Virus record (IMG/VR): IMGVR_UViG_3300001533_000699
DNA: 64,000 nt
Strand: one strand, 5' to 3'
Source of the DNA: a virus
Positions 1-10,114 of this stretch are shown here, one piece after another. Position 1 is the first letter of the stretch. Each line of letters begins with the position of its first letter. The position numbers and the translations under genes are program-made. Under the pieces are notes generated by a model, which worked only from the letters and a program-made list of their open reading frames with translations, was not told the origin of the DNA and ran no database searches.

Positions 1-372
1 TACCGTAAAGTACCATTTTCTAGACATAATGTGTTACGTAGGGATGGGTTTAGATGCCAATATTGTGGTAATAAATTTCCACCACAAGAGCTTTCGTTTG
101 ACCATGTTATTCCACGTAGCATGTGGAATGGGTCTACTACGCCTACATGTTGGCAAAATATTGTCACTGCATGTTTAAAGTGTAACAGAAAAAAATCGAA
201 CAGAACACCAGAACAAGCCGGTATGCCATTAATCAAATTGGTGCGTGGCACGTTCGTAGAATACAAAAAACCGAAGGTTCCGAACTCGCATGAGCTTTTG
301 TTGGGCGTGGCATACAAACATATTCCAGTAGAATGGGAACCATATATTGCATATTTGCGCGATAAGCATTGA
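1..372 (+). CDS. HNH endonuclease (McrA/HNH_5-like), 5' partial
   Basis: RD..CQYC..DHVIPRS..NIVTACLKCNRKK motif; the frame is open from base 1. Confidence 0.9.
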   Translation, partial: YRKVPFSRHNVLRRDGFRCQYCGNKFPPQELSFDHVIPRSMWNGSTTPTCWQNIVTACLKCNRKKSNRTPEQAGMPLIKLVRGTFVEYKKPKVPNSHELLLGVAYKHIPVEWEPYIAYLRDKH

Positions 373-378
373 TTTTAG

Positions 379-408
379 TTGCCAAAACATGGTAGTAAAG
401 GTTATAAT
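379..408 (+). promoter_or_regulatory. putative sigma70-type promoter
   Basis: TTGCCA-18 nt-TATAAT in the intergenic gap before 448. Confidence 0.5.
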
Positions 409-447
409 GTACTAGCGTTAATTATACCATAATATAAGGACGACACC

Positions 448-858
448 ATGATAACATACGTATATGAATGTACGAATTGCGGCAGTAATATAGAAATACA
501 GCAAAGCATAAAAGATGATGCGCTAGTCTTATGTCCAGAATGTAATACGAACTCTTTACGAAGAGTGATATTTAATCCAATGTATGTTCGTGTGATACAA
601 GAACCAACGACCCTTGGACAAATAGCTGAACGCAATGCCAAATCAATGTCTCGGGATGAAAAAAGCTTAAGGCTTGAGGATGACAAAACAAAGAAGACCA
701 TAAATAGAATACCAGAAGACATGCGTCCCAAAACTGTCGAACCGAAAGATTCTGGCCCACTACCAGATTGGATGGAAAAACCTCGCACAAAGACACATAC
801 AGAAATCAACAAGTTGTCGCCAGAAAATGTCGAGCGATATGTATATACCGGAGACTAA
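448..858 (+). CDS. FmdB-family zinc-ribbon protein
   Basis: Y-x-Y-E-C-x-x-C ... CPEC..LRRV N-terminus; AAGGA RBS. Confidence 0.8.
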   Translation: MITYVYECTNCGSNIEIQQSIKDDALVLCPECNTNSLRRVIFNPMYVRVIQEPTTLGQIAERNAKSMSRDEKSLRLEDDKTKKTINRIPEDMRPKTVEPKDSGPLPDWMEKPRTKTHTEINKLSPENVERYVYTGD

Positions 859-859
859 A

Positions 860-1225
860 ATGCCAGAACATAAAATAACAAAACCAAATAAAACAGAAGT
901 GGTTGAACGTGTTGCTGAAGTTGTGCCAGATTTGCAGAACGCATGTGAAGCAATAGTAACAACGCAAGTGATTATTTGTGAGCCTATGACTGATGGTACG
1001 TGGCGTCTAATTACATCATTTCAAGACAATTACAATATAGTGCTGGAAGAGCGCGACCCAGATAAAGCACGTAACGAAGTTACCAATAGATTGATGGAGA
1101 TAAAGAAAAAATGGCACAAAAAAGGTTTGATAATAGCGTTAGAGAATTTGCTAAACAAAGAGAGTCAAATATCCAAGATGGCAAACACAACAACATCTCC
1201 TGCTCAGCCTGTGGAGAGTCCTTAG
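860..1225 (+). CDS. hypothetical protein
   Basis: ATG at 860 after GGAG; fits the operon packing. Confidence 0.6.
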   Translation: MPEHKITKPNKTEVVERVAEVVPDLQNACEAIVTTQVIICEPMTDGTWRLITSFQDNYNIVLEERDPDKARNEVTNRLMEIKKKWHKKGLIIALENLLNKESQISKMANTTTSPAQPVESP

Positions 1226-1431
1226 TAGAAATATGGGTCATTAGACCAGAGGCTGAGGTCACTACAGACATCATTGTGGAATGCCCATTCTGTGGTGATG
1301 CATCTTTCCCGGTAAGAATTACTGGACAGTATTGTATAGGCTATGCAGAGGGCAGTAAAGCCAGAATGACCAACATGACAATCGATGGCGACACACTACA
1401 AAAAGTTCGTGTCCATACAGAAATGAGGTAA
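1111..1431 (+). CDS. zinc-ribbon hypothetical protein
   Basis: CSAC...CPFC pairs; GGAG upstream. Confidence 0.65.
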   Translation: MAQKRFDNSVREFAKQRESNIQDGKHNNISCSACGESLVEIWVIRPEAEVTTDIIVECPFCGDASFPVRITGQYCIGYAEGSKARMTNMTIDGDTLQKVRVHTEMR

Positions 1432-1433
1432 TT

Positions 1434-1874
1434 ATGAAAGAATTCGCAATTAGAAAAAATGAATCACAACGTAGTGGTTTTGTTGCAACTGTCACAAACT
1501 CCATTGGTTATGGATTAGAAATAGACAAAGACCCTAAGACTGGTACGTTGGGTTTAGTCCCAATTCCTGCTTTTATAGACAATGGATATGGCGGTCACGA
1601 TGATAACCCAGATTGTTACGCTAAAGCTATACAATATGACAATGAAGAAACTTGGGTATACTATTTACGTATGAATTCTATTGGTGACCTATCTGACCCC
1701 TGGGGATTATTTGCGGATAGCGCACAAAACGCTAGGGTTGCCAAACATAAAGGCATTCCTAAATGGTCGTTTAATCGTGTGACAGAAGAACAGTTTCTTG
1801 TATATTTACGATACTTATGTAGTCGCAACAAAGCATTGTTGCGTATATGCGAAAGGAGCATTAAGGATGCCTAG
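1434..1874 (+). CDS. hypothetical protein
   Basis: GAGG RBS, tight packing. Confidence 0.65.
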   Translation: MKEFAIRKNESQRSGFVATVTNSIGYGLEIDKDPKTGTLGLVPIPAFIDNGYGGHDDNPDCYAKAIQYDNEETWVYYLRMNSIGDLSDPWGLFADSAQNARVAKHKGIPKWSFNRVTEEQFLVYLRYLCSRNKALLRICERSIKDA

Positions 1875-2229
1875 ACAACTTAGCAAAGCAGAACAAGAGT
1901 ACATTGTTAACCACAGCAAAGACTTGACAGCAGCAGAAATCGCGTCTGATATGCCTGGGGTTGGTGCTAAAACAATACAAAAGTTCATTGACGAAAGCGT
2001 ATTAGAAGACCAACGTAGCGACGAAACGCAACAACAGCGACAAGCTACGTTACAAAAAAAAACAAAGCTGACCGCAGGCAAGTTAATGGGTAGAGACCCA
2101 TCAAGAGGTATAACTGTTATGACTGAAGCTGCATCAGAACTATCTGATTCTCGTAGACCAGTTCACCAAAAAACAGCTATTAGAAGTGAACGTATTCACG
2201 TTATTGACAAAAACAGAAAGTCTCCGTAA
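1867..2229 (+). CDS. hypothetical protein, possible N-terminal HTH
   Basis: ATG at 1867; LTAAEIASDM..GAKTIQKFI is HTH-like. Confidence 0.55.
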   Translation: MPRQLSKAEQEYIVNHSKDLTAAEIASDMPGVGAKTIQKFIDESVLEDQRSDETQQQRQATLQKKTKLTAGKLMGRDPSRGITVMTEAASELSDSRRPVHQKTAIRSERIHVIDKNRKSP

Positions 2230-2673
2230 ATGCAATCATACGATATATGTAGACATATAGATGAATACATTGAAGATAAATGTATATGGATAGCTACATT
2301 AAATGATGGTACCAAGGTATTTCAAGATGATGATAGAGAAGGAGCTTGGCATCCTAGTGCATGGATAAGGCTTGGTCGTTATATTAATGACCACGCCGGT
2401 AGTAAAATCATTGCAATGAGGCTTAAGTTTGGTACACATATTGTTGAGCTACCATCAAATAAAAAAGCCTATATGTATTCACATGGATTATTACAGGCGT
2501 TTAATCAAAAGTACGGCTTAAATTTTCATGTCGTTGGTTGGTCAATCAGTGATAAAACTATGTTATGCAGATGGTACAAATCTCCAGAACTAATAATTAC
2601 CAAAGAGTTTCGGAGAGAAATCGGTACCCTAAACGCCGAACAAATTATAGGAATGCGGGTTGACAAAACCTAA
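2230..2673 (+). CDS. hypothetical protein
   Basis: 147-aa ORF abutting the previous stop. Confidence 0.65.
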   Translation: MQSYDICRHIDEYIEDKCIWIATLNDGTKVFQDDDREGAWHPSAWIRLGRYINDHAGSKIIAMRLKFGTHIVELPSNKKAYMYSHGLLQAFNQKYGLNFHVVGWSISDKTMLCRWYKSPELIITKEFRREIGTLNAEQIIGMRVDKT

Positions 2674-2687
2674 TCTTGGGATATAAT
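2660..2687 (+). promoter_or_regulatory. consensus sigma70 promoter, probably leaderless transcript
   Basis: TTGACA (2660)-16 nt-TATAAT (2682); ATG at 2693 with no RBS. Confidence 0.75.
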
Positions 2688-2692
2688 TATCT

Positions 2693-3124
2693 ATGGCAAA
2701 GCAAAGAACTGATACCAGCCGTTATCCATCTAATTATGGTGGCGGCTGGATATCTGAATCCCAATATCTAACTGAATGCTTATGCGTATTGATAGCTAAG
2801 CAGGAAGGTAAGGGGTTGGAAGACAGATTCTGGCAAAAAGAGCCTTGGACACGCATATTCAGAAGACAGGTTCCACTAGCGTTGGCTCTTCTCAAAGAAT
2901 ATCCTTCTAAGGTCATTCTCAATGCTTTGCGTGATAGACGATGTTGGAAAATCAGGTCGTTTGGCGCAAAGTGGCTGTTGGAACCGTTACTTAAACAGTA
3001 TAAGAGAACTTATGATGCAGAAATAATGCAACAATCTAATAAGATTATGACTCGTACTTCTACGACACAAACGCCTAGAAGGTCACCCAACAAGAAGAAA
3101 TCATTATTTGAGCACTTGAAATGA
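2693..3124 (+). CDS. hypothetical protein
   Basis: 143-aa ORF, ATGA overlap with the recombinase. Confidence 0.7.
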   Translation: MAKQRTDTSRYPSNYGGGWISESQYLTECLCVLIAKQEGKGLEDRFWQKEPWTRIFRRQVPLALALLKEYPSKVILNALRDRRCWKIRSFGAKWLLEPLLKQYKRTYDAEIMQQSNKIMTRTSTTQTPRRSPNKKKSLFEHLK

Positions 3125-4161
3125 GCATTAGTAAAGACATGATTAAGCAATACGGCGCTGATGCATTTATCAGTGGCGATAATTTAGAAAAACATACCAA
3201 CGACTTAGTTCATGTGAGTCCAGCCATCGACCTTATACTAGGTGGTGGTATTCCTGGTGGTTCTATTGTTAGTTTATTGGGCGACCCAAAGTGTGGTAAG
3301 ACACTCCTATCTTTACACATTGCTGGTAAGGGACAACAATTAGGTAGAGAGGTATACTACCTCAATATTGAGGGAAGACTAAAGCCCCGTGACATTAATG
3401 GCATAAAATGCCTAGACTCTTCAAAGATGCAAATTATTCGGTCTTATCGTAATGATAATGGAGAAAGCAAAATTCTCAAAGCAGATGAATTCCTATCTAT
3501 TGCCGAACAAATTGCGCACAGTCGCCCTGGCTCAATCATTATTGTTGATTCTATATCACAATTAGTAACTAGTGGAGAAATGACAAATGAACTATCCGTT
3601 AGAGACCGTGCCCCAGGAGCAACTCTCATGGCAAAGTTTTGTCGTCGTCTATCAAACGTAGTGCCAGTTAATGACATTATTCTAATAGGAATTCTGCACT
3701 TTATATCCAATACTAGCGGATATGGTAAGTCTAAGGTAGCAAGTGGCGGTAATAAAATCAAGTATGCTGTAGATATTGGATTGGAATGTCGCAAATTTAA
3801 TCTAGTCCGTGAGAATGGTGCTGAAGATGGTCGTGTTATCGGACAAGAAGTAGAGTGGATAACAACATCTACTGCATTTGCACCACCAGGACAAATAGGT
3901 AAATCTATGATAACGTTTGGTGTTGGCATTGATGAACTATATGAGATGGTAGGTTTATCTGTAGAGCTTGGTCTAATACAACAATCGGCGTCATGGTATA
4001 AAATGAACTATATGGAAGACCATGTAGATGCGTCTGATTGGGATATTAAAAAATATCAAGCACAAGGCAAACCCAAACTTATACAACGTCTACATGACAA
4101 TGAACAAGAACGCAACTTATTGATGCAAGACTTTAACAACCTTATAGGGAGCGTGGCGTGA
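3121..4161 (+). CDS. recA: RecA/UvsX-like recombinase
   Basis: IDLILGGGIP, Walker A GDPKCGKT, Walker B IIVDS, SGG-K motif, IQQSASWY. Confidence 0.9.
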   Translation: MSISKDMIKQYGADAFISGDNLEKHTNDLVHVSPAIDLILGGGIPGGSIVSLLGDPKCGKTLLSLHIAGKGQQLGREVYYLNIEGRLKPRDINGIKCLDSSKMQIIRSYRNDNGESKILKADEFLSIAEQIAHSRPGSIIIVDSISQLVTSGEMTNELSVRDRAPGATLMAKFCRRLSNVVPVNDIILIGILHFISNTSGYGKSKVASGGNKIKYAVDIGLECRKFNLVRENGAEDGRVIGQEVEWITTSTAFAPPGQIGKSMITFGVGIDELYEMVGLSVELGLIQQSASWYKMNYMEDHVDASDWDIKKYQAQGKPKLIQRLHDNEQERNLLMQDFNNLIGSVA

Positions 4162-4565
4162 GTGTAGTAGATTTTGATGGTAGGACGCACTCGTGGCCAC
4201 CCAACGGGCATGAAGTAAGCCTAGACGATATTCGCCCCAGGTCTAGTCTACACATAAGATGTCGCGAATTGTTACGAAAAATGTATCCTACGCAGACAGT
4301 CTTAGAAGAAGTTCCTATTCCAGGTGAGCGTCTATTTTGTGACTTTTATTTGCCAATGCGTAAAGTAGTCATAGAATGCCAAGGTCAGCAACACGATGTA
4401 TTCACCCCTCACTTTCATAAGACCAAATCCGAATTTCGATTAGCGCGAAACAGAGACAGACGTAAGATAGATTGGTGTCACATGAATAATATACGTGTAG
4501 CAATATTACCACACACGGAGAACGATGATGAGTGGAGAGAACGCATCGAAAACGCAAACGATTGA
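4158..4565 (+). CDS. PD-(D/E)XK endonuclease (Vsr/DUF559-like)
   Basis: CDFYLP..VVIECQGQQH..RD..K..WC motif. Confidence 0.75.
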   Translation: MSVVDFDGRTHSWPPNGHEVSLDDIRPRSSLHIRCRELLRKMYPTQTVLEEVPIPGERLFCDFYLPMRKVVIECQGQQHDVFTPHFHKTKSEFRLARNRDRRKIDWCHMNNIRVAILPHTENDDEWRERIENAND

Positions 4566-5028
4566 TGAAAAGCACAGCAAATTACAACAACTGATTAAAG
4601 ACTACCCAACAGTCATAGGTATTGGTAAACTACAACCACCTAATGAAGTTAACCGTTTTCTTACTATAAGTATATCTGAAATCAGACGAATGGATGCAGA
4701 AGAGTGTGGGGAAGCCGCTGTTATACTCAATCAAGCGGCTACATACGTGCAACTTGAAGCCAACTCTATACAGGCAGACATACGTTGGTGTGAAGAATAT
4801 ATAGCATTTATTATAGCGGAAACCATATCTGGGTGCGGCACACAATACACACCATTTGAATATCGGCAAAAAATTGCTATCAAACAAAATGATGTAGCCA
4901 AACAATTGCAAGCTATCATTATGAATGCCAATGTAAGACTACAGCTATTGTCGTATGTGCCTAACCAACTTAGGGCAACAGCGACGGCGTTTTCCGATTT
5001 ACAACAAACAAAAAGGTCACAAAGATGA
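4525..5028 (+). CDS. helical hypothetical protein (possible UvsY-like mediator)
   Basis: coiled-coil character, lies next to recA; function is inferred only. Confidence 0.5.
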   Translation: MMSGENASKTQTIDEKHSKLQQLIKDYPTVIGIGKLQPPNEVNRFLTISISEIRRMDAEECGEAAVILNQAATYVQLEANSIQADIRWCEEYIAFIIAETISGCGTQYTPFEYRQKIAIKQNDVAKQLQAIIMNANVRLQLLSYVPNQLRATATAFSDLQQTKRSQR

Positions 5029-5624
5029 AGACAGTAAAAGATGTATTCTATGATGCAATTAAACATGGAAACTGGGATAATGTCTGTAGGGTATACGAAA
5101 AGATTACTGGAGAAGAGGCACCCCCCTTCCCTGCTCAGAATAACATCCTTGATACAGCAATGGTCGAATCTCAACCAACTAACATCATGGATGAATCCAT
5201 GGTAGAAGATGAACACGATATTGTAACTAGCACAACAGAAGACCCGCAGCAAAATGGCGATGTAGACTTCACTATGCCACAAAAGCCACGCACGCATACT
5301 GATGGCCAAACAAGACAATGTCGCCGTGAACCTATTGGAAAACCTAAAAACACTTGGGTAGACGACGGTACCGAACACGCAGATGAAAGCGTAAAGATTA
5401 GACCTGAGCTTGGTGTTCCGCACGTACGAAAGCGTGATGATAGCAGAGACCCAAATATTGGTATAGATACAGGTAAAAAAACACTAGTAATGTGCGCTTT
5501 GTGTGGTAGGGAAGAAGTAGTTTCATCAAGATTAGCTATTGGTTATAATCCAGACCCAGAAGAAAATACGTATCGTTGCAACAATTGTCTATCCCCAACA
5601 TCACGGACAATGAGGAATCGATAA
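5025..5624 (+). CDS. hypothetical protein with C-terminal zinc finger
   Basis: CALC...CNNC. Confidence 0.65.
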   Translation: MKTVKDVFYDAIKHGNWDNVCRVYEKITGEEAPPFPAQNNILDTAMVESQPTNIMDESMVEDEHDIVTSTTEDPQQNGDVDFTMPQKPRTHTDGQTRQCRREPIGKPKNTWVDDGTEHADESVKIRPELGVPHVRKRDDSRDPNIGIDTGKKTLVMCALCGREEVVSSRLAIGYNPDPEENTYRCNNCLSPTSRTMRNR

Positions 5625-5626
5625 TA

Positions 5627-8188
5627 ATGATAGAAGAACCTATTCATCCGTTTTTATTAAAAGATGAAAAGATGTCTGATAAAGCTGCTGAACGAGCAGT
5701 TTTGGTGGGGTTATTGCAATATGGTGAAGACGCATACTTAGACATTGCAGATTTTCTTGATACAGGTAGCTTTACTGACCCGGTTAATCAAGCAGTGTAT
5801 AAATGCATACGTCATCTATATGAAGAGCAAAACATCAAGCAATTCGACCAATCATCTTTGTTGGCGTGTGCTAATATGCTTGGGTATGGTGTGTTCTTCG
5901 AAAAGCCATCCGATATACAGCATTTGCGAAGCTTATTAAATGGTAGAGTATTGCTGGAAAATGTACGCACGTGGGCAGCGCAAATACGTAAGTTACAAGT
6001 TGGAAGACTATTGCGTGACCAATTGCAGCAAGCAGCCATAGATATTGAGGAAATAAGAGGCACGGAATCTATTGAGTCTATATTGGGTGTTGCAGAAAGC
6101 GTGGTGTTCGATTTCAGCAACTTGCTACACTCAAGCGAAACTTCTAATCCATCATCTATTGGCGATGGTGTAGATGAATACTTAGACAATATCGAAAGCA
6201 ATCCAGTAAGTATCGTTGGTATTAGTAGCGGCATGTCATATTACGACCAAGCGATTGGTGGTGGGTTTCGACGTAAGACTGTATCATTGATTGGGGCACG
6301 CCCCAAAGCATTGCGTTATGGGTCTTTGGTTTACACAATAAATGGACCAGTACCGATTGAAAAAATTCGCGTTGGTGATATGGTATCACATCCATTTGAT
6401 GGACCAAAAGTTGTTAGTGGTGTATACGACCACCCAAATACTAAAATATATCGAGTTCACTTCAAAGATGGTGACTATGTAGATTGTTGTGGTGACCACT
6501 TATGGGAAGTTTACAAAAGATATCCATATGGTTTTCTTAATAACAAAAAATCTGAACAGAAGACAACAAAAGAATTGATAAATAACTTAACTATTGGTAG
6601 TGGCCACGAATATAAATGGGACGTTCCACTTAGTTACCCATTGTATTTTTCTGCACAATCCATAGAACTTAATGCATATGTTCTTGGCTTGTTGATTGGA
6701 GATGGTTCATTCCGTAACGCTATAACATTTTCTACAGCAGATGTAGAACTAATAGAATGTATAAAATCATCATTACCAGGTTATAGTATCAAATTAGAAA
6801 TAGACACAGGAACATGTCAAACATATAGAATCAACGGTCTTCAAGATACAATTCGCTCACTAGGTTTATACAAACATAAAGCATGTGATAAGTTCATTCC
6901 AAAACACTATATCTACAACTCCGAACGGGTAAGATTAGATATACTACGTGGACTAATGGATACAGATGGCGATTGTACAATCAATCATAATAATGGTAGT
7001 TCTAGGTCTAGATTTTCTACAATATCAAAGCAATTGGCAATAGATGTAAAAACAATAGTGCAATCTTTAGGTGGGTTGTGTAGTATTACCATACAAAATG
7101 GAAACTACGATGGTAAACCACATAAGTCATATAGATGTGAAATAAGATTGCCATCAAACATAAATCCATTCAAGTTGCAGCGCAAAGCAAAAAGACACAA
7201 CTCACGACAACATGGTGAACTAAAAAGAACCATTGTTAAAATTGAAGACCTTAACATAACAGATAATGCAAGATGTATTACAATTGATTGTGAAGATGGA
7301 TTATTTATAACAGATAACTTCGTGGTTACCCACAACACCGGCAAGTCGATGCTATCAGTCAATATTGGTTTGCACATATCTAAAGAATTAGGTATACCAG
7401 TGTTGTATCTTGATACAGAAATGTCCAAAGAAGACCATTGGTCTCGTATGTTGTCGAATCTATGTCAAACTAAAGTAACAATCAATGATTTAGAAGCAGG
7501 TAAGTATGCTAGCAACAAACTATATAAACAGTCTGTTAGACAAGCCGCCGACATATTGAAGAAATTACCATTAGATTATCTCAATGTTTCTGGTAAACCA
7601 TTTGAGGAAATTATCTCTATTATGAGACGATGGGTAACGAAAAACGTTGGTTTTGATGAAACTGGCAAACGCAAAGACTGTGTCATTATATTTGATTACA
7701 TGAAGATGATGAGCGGAGAAGGTCTAAATGATAGCTTAAAAGAATACCAAGTTCTTGGCTTTATGATGACTGCGCTACATAACTTTGCGGTACGCTATGA
7801 TATGCCTATCGTTAGCTTTATACAACTAAATCGTGATGGAATAGACAAAGAGTCTACAGATGTCATAGCTGGTAGTGACAGGGTTTTGTGGCTGGTAACT
7901 AACTTCACGGTCTATAAGGCCAAGACCGCCGAAGAAATTGCAGACACAGGTCCGCAGCACGGCAATCGCAAATTAGTGCCTATTAGTGCTAGGCATGGTG
8001 AAGGATTAGAGCCTGGAGACTATATTAATGTTATGTTTACGGGTCAGTTTGGTAGAATAACTGAAGGAGAGACCAAACTTAATTTACAAAGAAAACATCA
8101 TGACGATATCGTAGATGATGTAAATGACGTACCGTTTAATGGAGACGCTGATGAAAATGAGTCAAGCGGTAGTCAACCAGATAACTAA
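5627..8188 (+). CDS. dnaB: replicative DNA helicase DnaB, intein-containing
   Basis: AERAVL N-domain; spliced Walker A GARPK/TGKS; LDTEMS, IFDY, QLNR; ATG 5627 after GAGGA. Confidence 0.93.
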   Translation: MIEEPIHPFLLKDEKMSDKAAERAVLVGLLQYGEDAYLDIADFLDTGSFTDPVNQAVYKCIRHLYEEQNIKQFDQSSLLACANMLGYGVFFEKPSDIQHLRSLLNGRVLLENVRTWAAQIRKLQVGRLLRDQLQQAAIDIEEIRGTESIESILGVAESVVFDFSNLLHSSETSNPSSIGDGVDEYLDNIESNPVSIVGISSGMSYYDQAIGGGFRRKTVSLIGARPKALRYGSLVYTINGPVPIEKIRVGDMVSHPFDGPKVVSGVYDHPNTKIYRVHFKDGDYVDCCGDHLWEVYKRYPYGFLNNKKSEQKTTKELINNLTIGSGHEYKWDVPLSYPLYFSAQSIELNAYVLGLLIGDGSFRNAITFSTADVELIECIKSSLPGYSIKLEIDTGTCQTYRINGLQDTIRSLGLYKHKACDKFIPKHYIYNSERVRLDILRGLMDTDGDCTINHNNGSSRSRFSTISKQLAIDVKTIVQSLGGLCSITIQNGNYDGKPHKSYRCEIRLPSNINPFKLQRKAKRHNSRQHGELKRTIVKIEDLNITDNARCITIDCEDGLFITDNFVVTHNTGKSMLSVNIGLHISKELGIPVLYLDTEMSKEDHWSRMLSNLCQTKVTINDLEAGKYASNKLYKQSVRQAADILKKLPLDYLNVSGKPFEEIISIMRRWVTKNVGFDETGKRKDCVIIFDYMKMMSGEGLNDSLKEYQVLGFMMTALHNFAVRYDMPIVSFIQLNRDGIDKESTDVIAGSDRVLWLVTNFTVYKAKTAEEIADTGPQHGNRKLVPISARHGEGLEPGDYINVMFTGQFGRITEGETKLNLQRKHHDDIVDDVNDVPFNGDADENESSGSQPDN
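6308..7336 (+). mobile_element. 343-aa class 3 intein with LAGLIDADG homing endonuclease, inserted in DnaB Walker A
   Basis: begins ALRYG, ends VVTHN before Thr; block B HLW, block F ARCITID; LGLLIGDG and LRGLMDTDG motifs. Confidence 0.9.
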
Positions 8189-9289
8189 TGAATGCTGCGA
8201 CAATATTGGGGATATGCTAGATACATTAGATGTTAAGTATACTCAAAGTCATCGACGCATATTTGGTCCATGTCCAATTCATGGTGGAGACAATCCAGTA
8301 GCCTGGAATCTGTATCCAGAAGGTGAGTCGGTACGTGGAATTTGGTATTGCTACACGCAAAACTGTCAAGAAAAATGGCGTAAAACACTTGTAGGGTTTG
8401 TTCATGCTTTATTGACCGTGAGAGGTAGCGAACCTAAGTCATGGCAAGATGCCGTATTATGGATGTCTGAATTTCTTGGATACAAGGATATTGCAGATGT
8501 AAAAACGCCCGACGCAGGAACATTAGAACGTCAAGGGTTCAATAATGTGATGCGTAGATTAAGTATTAAGCCTAACACTAACGTAGTACGCACATGGACA
8601 CCAAAATCATATCGCAAAGCGATGCAAATTCCGTCTCAATATTACATTGACCGAGGGTATAGCGCCGAAATATTGCAAAAGTATGATGTCGGGTATGCGC
8701 CGCGAACCAACAGGTCAGTAGTGCCGATATATGATGACTCGCATACAACAATTGTTGGTATGACAGGTAGAACGCATTGGCCACAATGTCCTCTGTGTAA
8801 ATACTATCATGCTGCCGATAAAGAATGTCCTACGACAACGGGTGACAAGATTAACTCGTGTAAATGGAAAAACTCGCCTGGGTTTGAAGCATCTAGTTAT
8901 TTATATAATTTTTGGTTTGCCAAACCACATATTGAAAGTACCGGCACCATTATATTGGTTGAAGGACCGGGCGATGTTTGGAGGCTAGAAGAAGCAGGAA
9001 TTAAAAACAGCGTGGCAATTTTTGGTACAGTACTGAATGAAGAGCAATTAGTTCTATTAGAGTCATCATGGGCAATGAACGCTGTTGTTTTGACAGACAA
9101 CGATAAGGGCGGGCAATTAGCCGCAATAGACATAAAAAAAAACTAGATAGAACACACAGATTATACTTCCCAAAGTTTCATACCAAAGATATCGGTGGAT
9201 TACAAACCGACCAAATCACCGACGATATACAACCAATACTACAACAAATCAATACCGTACATAAACAACAATTAGGAGCAAAGAAATGA
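8151..9289 (+). CDS. dnaG: DNA primase (zinc-binding domain + TOPRIM); frame 0 stops at 9146, -1 frame continues to 9289
   Basis: CPIH..CYTQNC, LVEGPGD, DND; -1 frame tail contains KDIGGL and ends in an ATGA overlap with the next gene. Confidence 0.85.
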
Positions 9290-10086
9290 CGTATATACTA
9301 GGGTTGTCAGGTAAAAAACAAAGTGGCAAAACCATGACAGCAAATTGGATTATAGGACAACAGATGTGTGCTATGAATATGGTGTCGTGGATAAAAATCA
9401 ATAGTAAGGGCAATCTTGTGGTTCCTGCTGTTGTCAACGATGAACTTATAGAGGGTGTATTTGACCCGCTAAGTCAAAACCCAGATGTACAAAACATGTT
9501 GTCTCAATATGTCTGGCCGGTTGTAAAGCTATATTCATTTGCTGAGATTCTGAAAATGTCAGTAGCGGCGATTTTTGGACTATCGTACGAGCAAGTAAAC
9601 GGTAGTAATGAAGATAAAAACCGACCGACAAAATTCACGTGGGAAATGTTTAAGCCATTCTTAACCGCAAATATTAAACGAGACATATCACAACAAAATG
9701 CGTGGTCAGAACATTTGTCTGGTCGTAATTTACTACAGATAGTCGGCACTGAAATATTTAGACGTATACACGGAGACATATGGGTTGACGCCTGTATGAA
9801 TGAAATAGCTAATGATAAACCTGGGCTTGCTATAATAACAGATTGTAGATTTCCGAATGAAGTAGATGGTGTGCATAATGCTGGCGGTAAAGTCATAAGA
9901 TTTACGCGCTCACCATTCACGGAACAAGACCAACACGAAAGCGAAACAGCGCTTGATGATTATAGTGCTTCACAGTTTGACTTCGTGCTGGACAATGCTA
10001 ATATGAGTATTGAAGAACACAATAAAGCGATTAACGAAAAGTTGACAGAATGGGGATACAATACTTGGAAATGGCGTATAGCATGA
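9286..10086 (+). CDS. deoxynucleoside monophosphate kinase
   Basis: GLSGKKQSGKT, SFA..LK, LQ..GTE, ITDCRFPNE, HESE motifs. Confidence 0.85.
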   Translation: MTYILGLSGKKQSGKTMTANWIIGQQMCAMNMVSWIKINSKGNLVVPAVVNDELIEGVFDPLSQNPDVQNMLSQYVWPVVKLYSFAEILKMSVAAIFGLSYEQVNGSNEDKNRPTKFTWEMFKPFLTANIKRDISQQNAWSEHLSGRNLLQIVGTEIFRRIHGDIWVDACMNEIANDKPGLAIITDCRFPNEVDGVHNAGGKVIRFTRSPFTEQDQHESETALDDYSASQFDFVLDNANMSIEEHNKAINEKLTEWGYNTWKWRIA

Positions 10087-10114
10087 AATTCAAAATTTCA
10101 AACAGGAATATATA

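Noticed and set aside
9144-9275. Amber readthrough or genome-wide TAG recoding as the explanation for the short primase
   Set aside because: In-frame readthrough gives no recognisable motif, whereas the -1 frame does. Other genes end cleanly at TAG next to the following gene (e.g. 43095, 58192).
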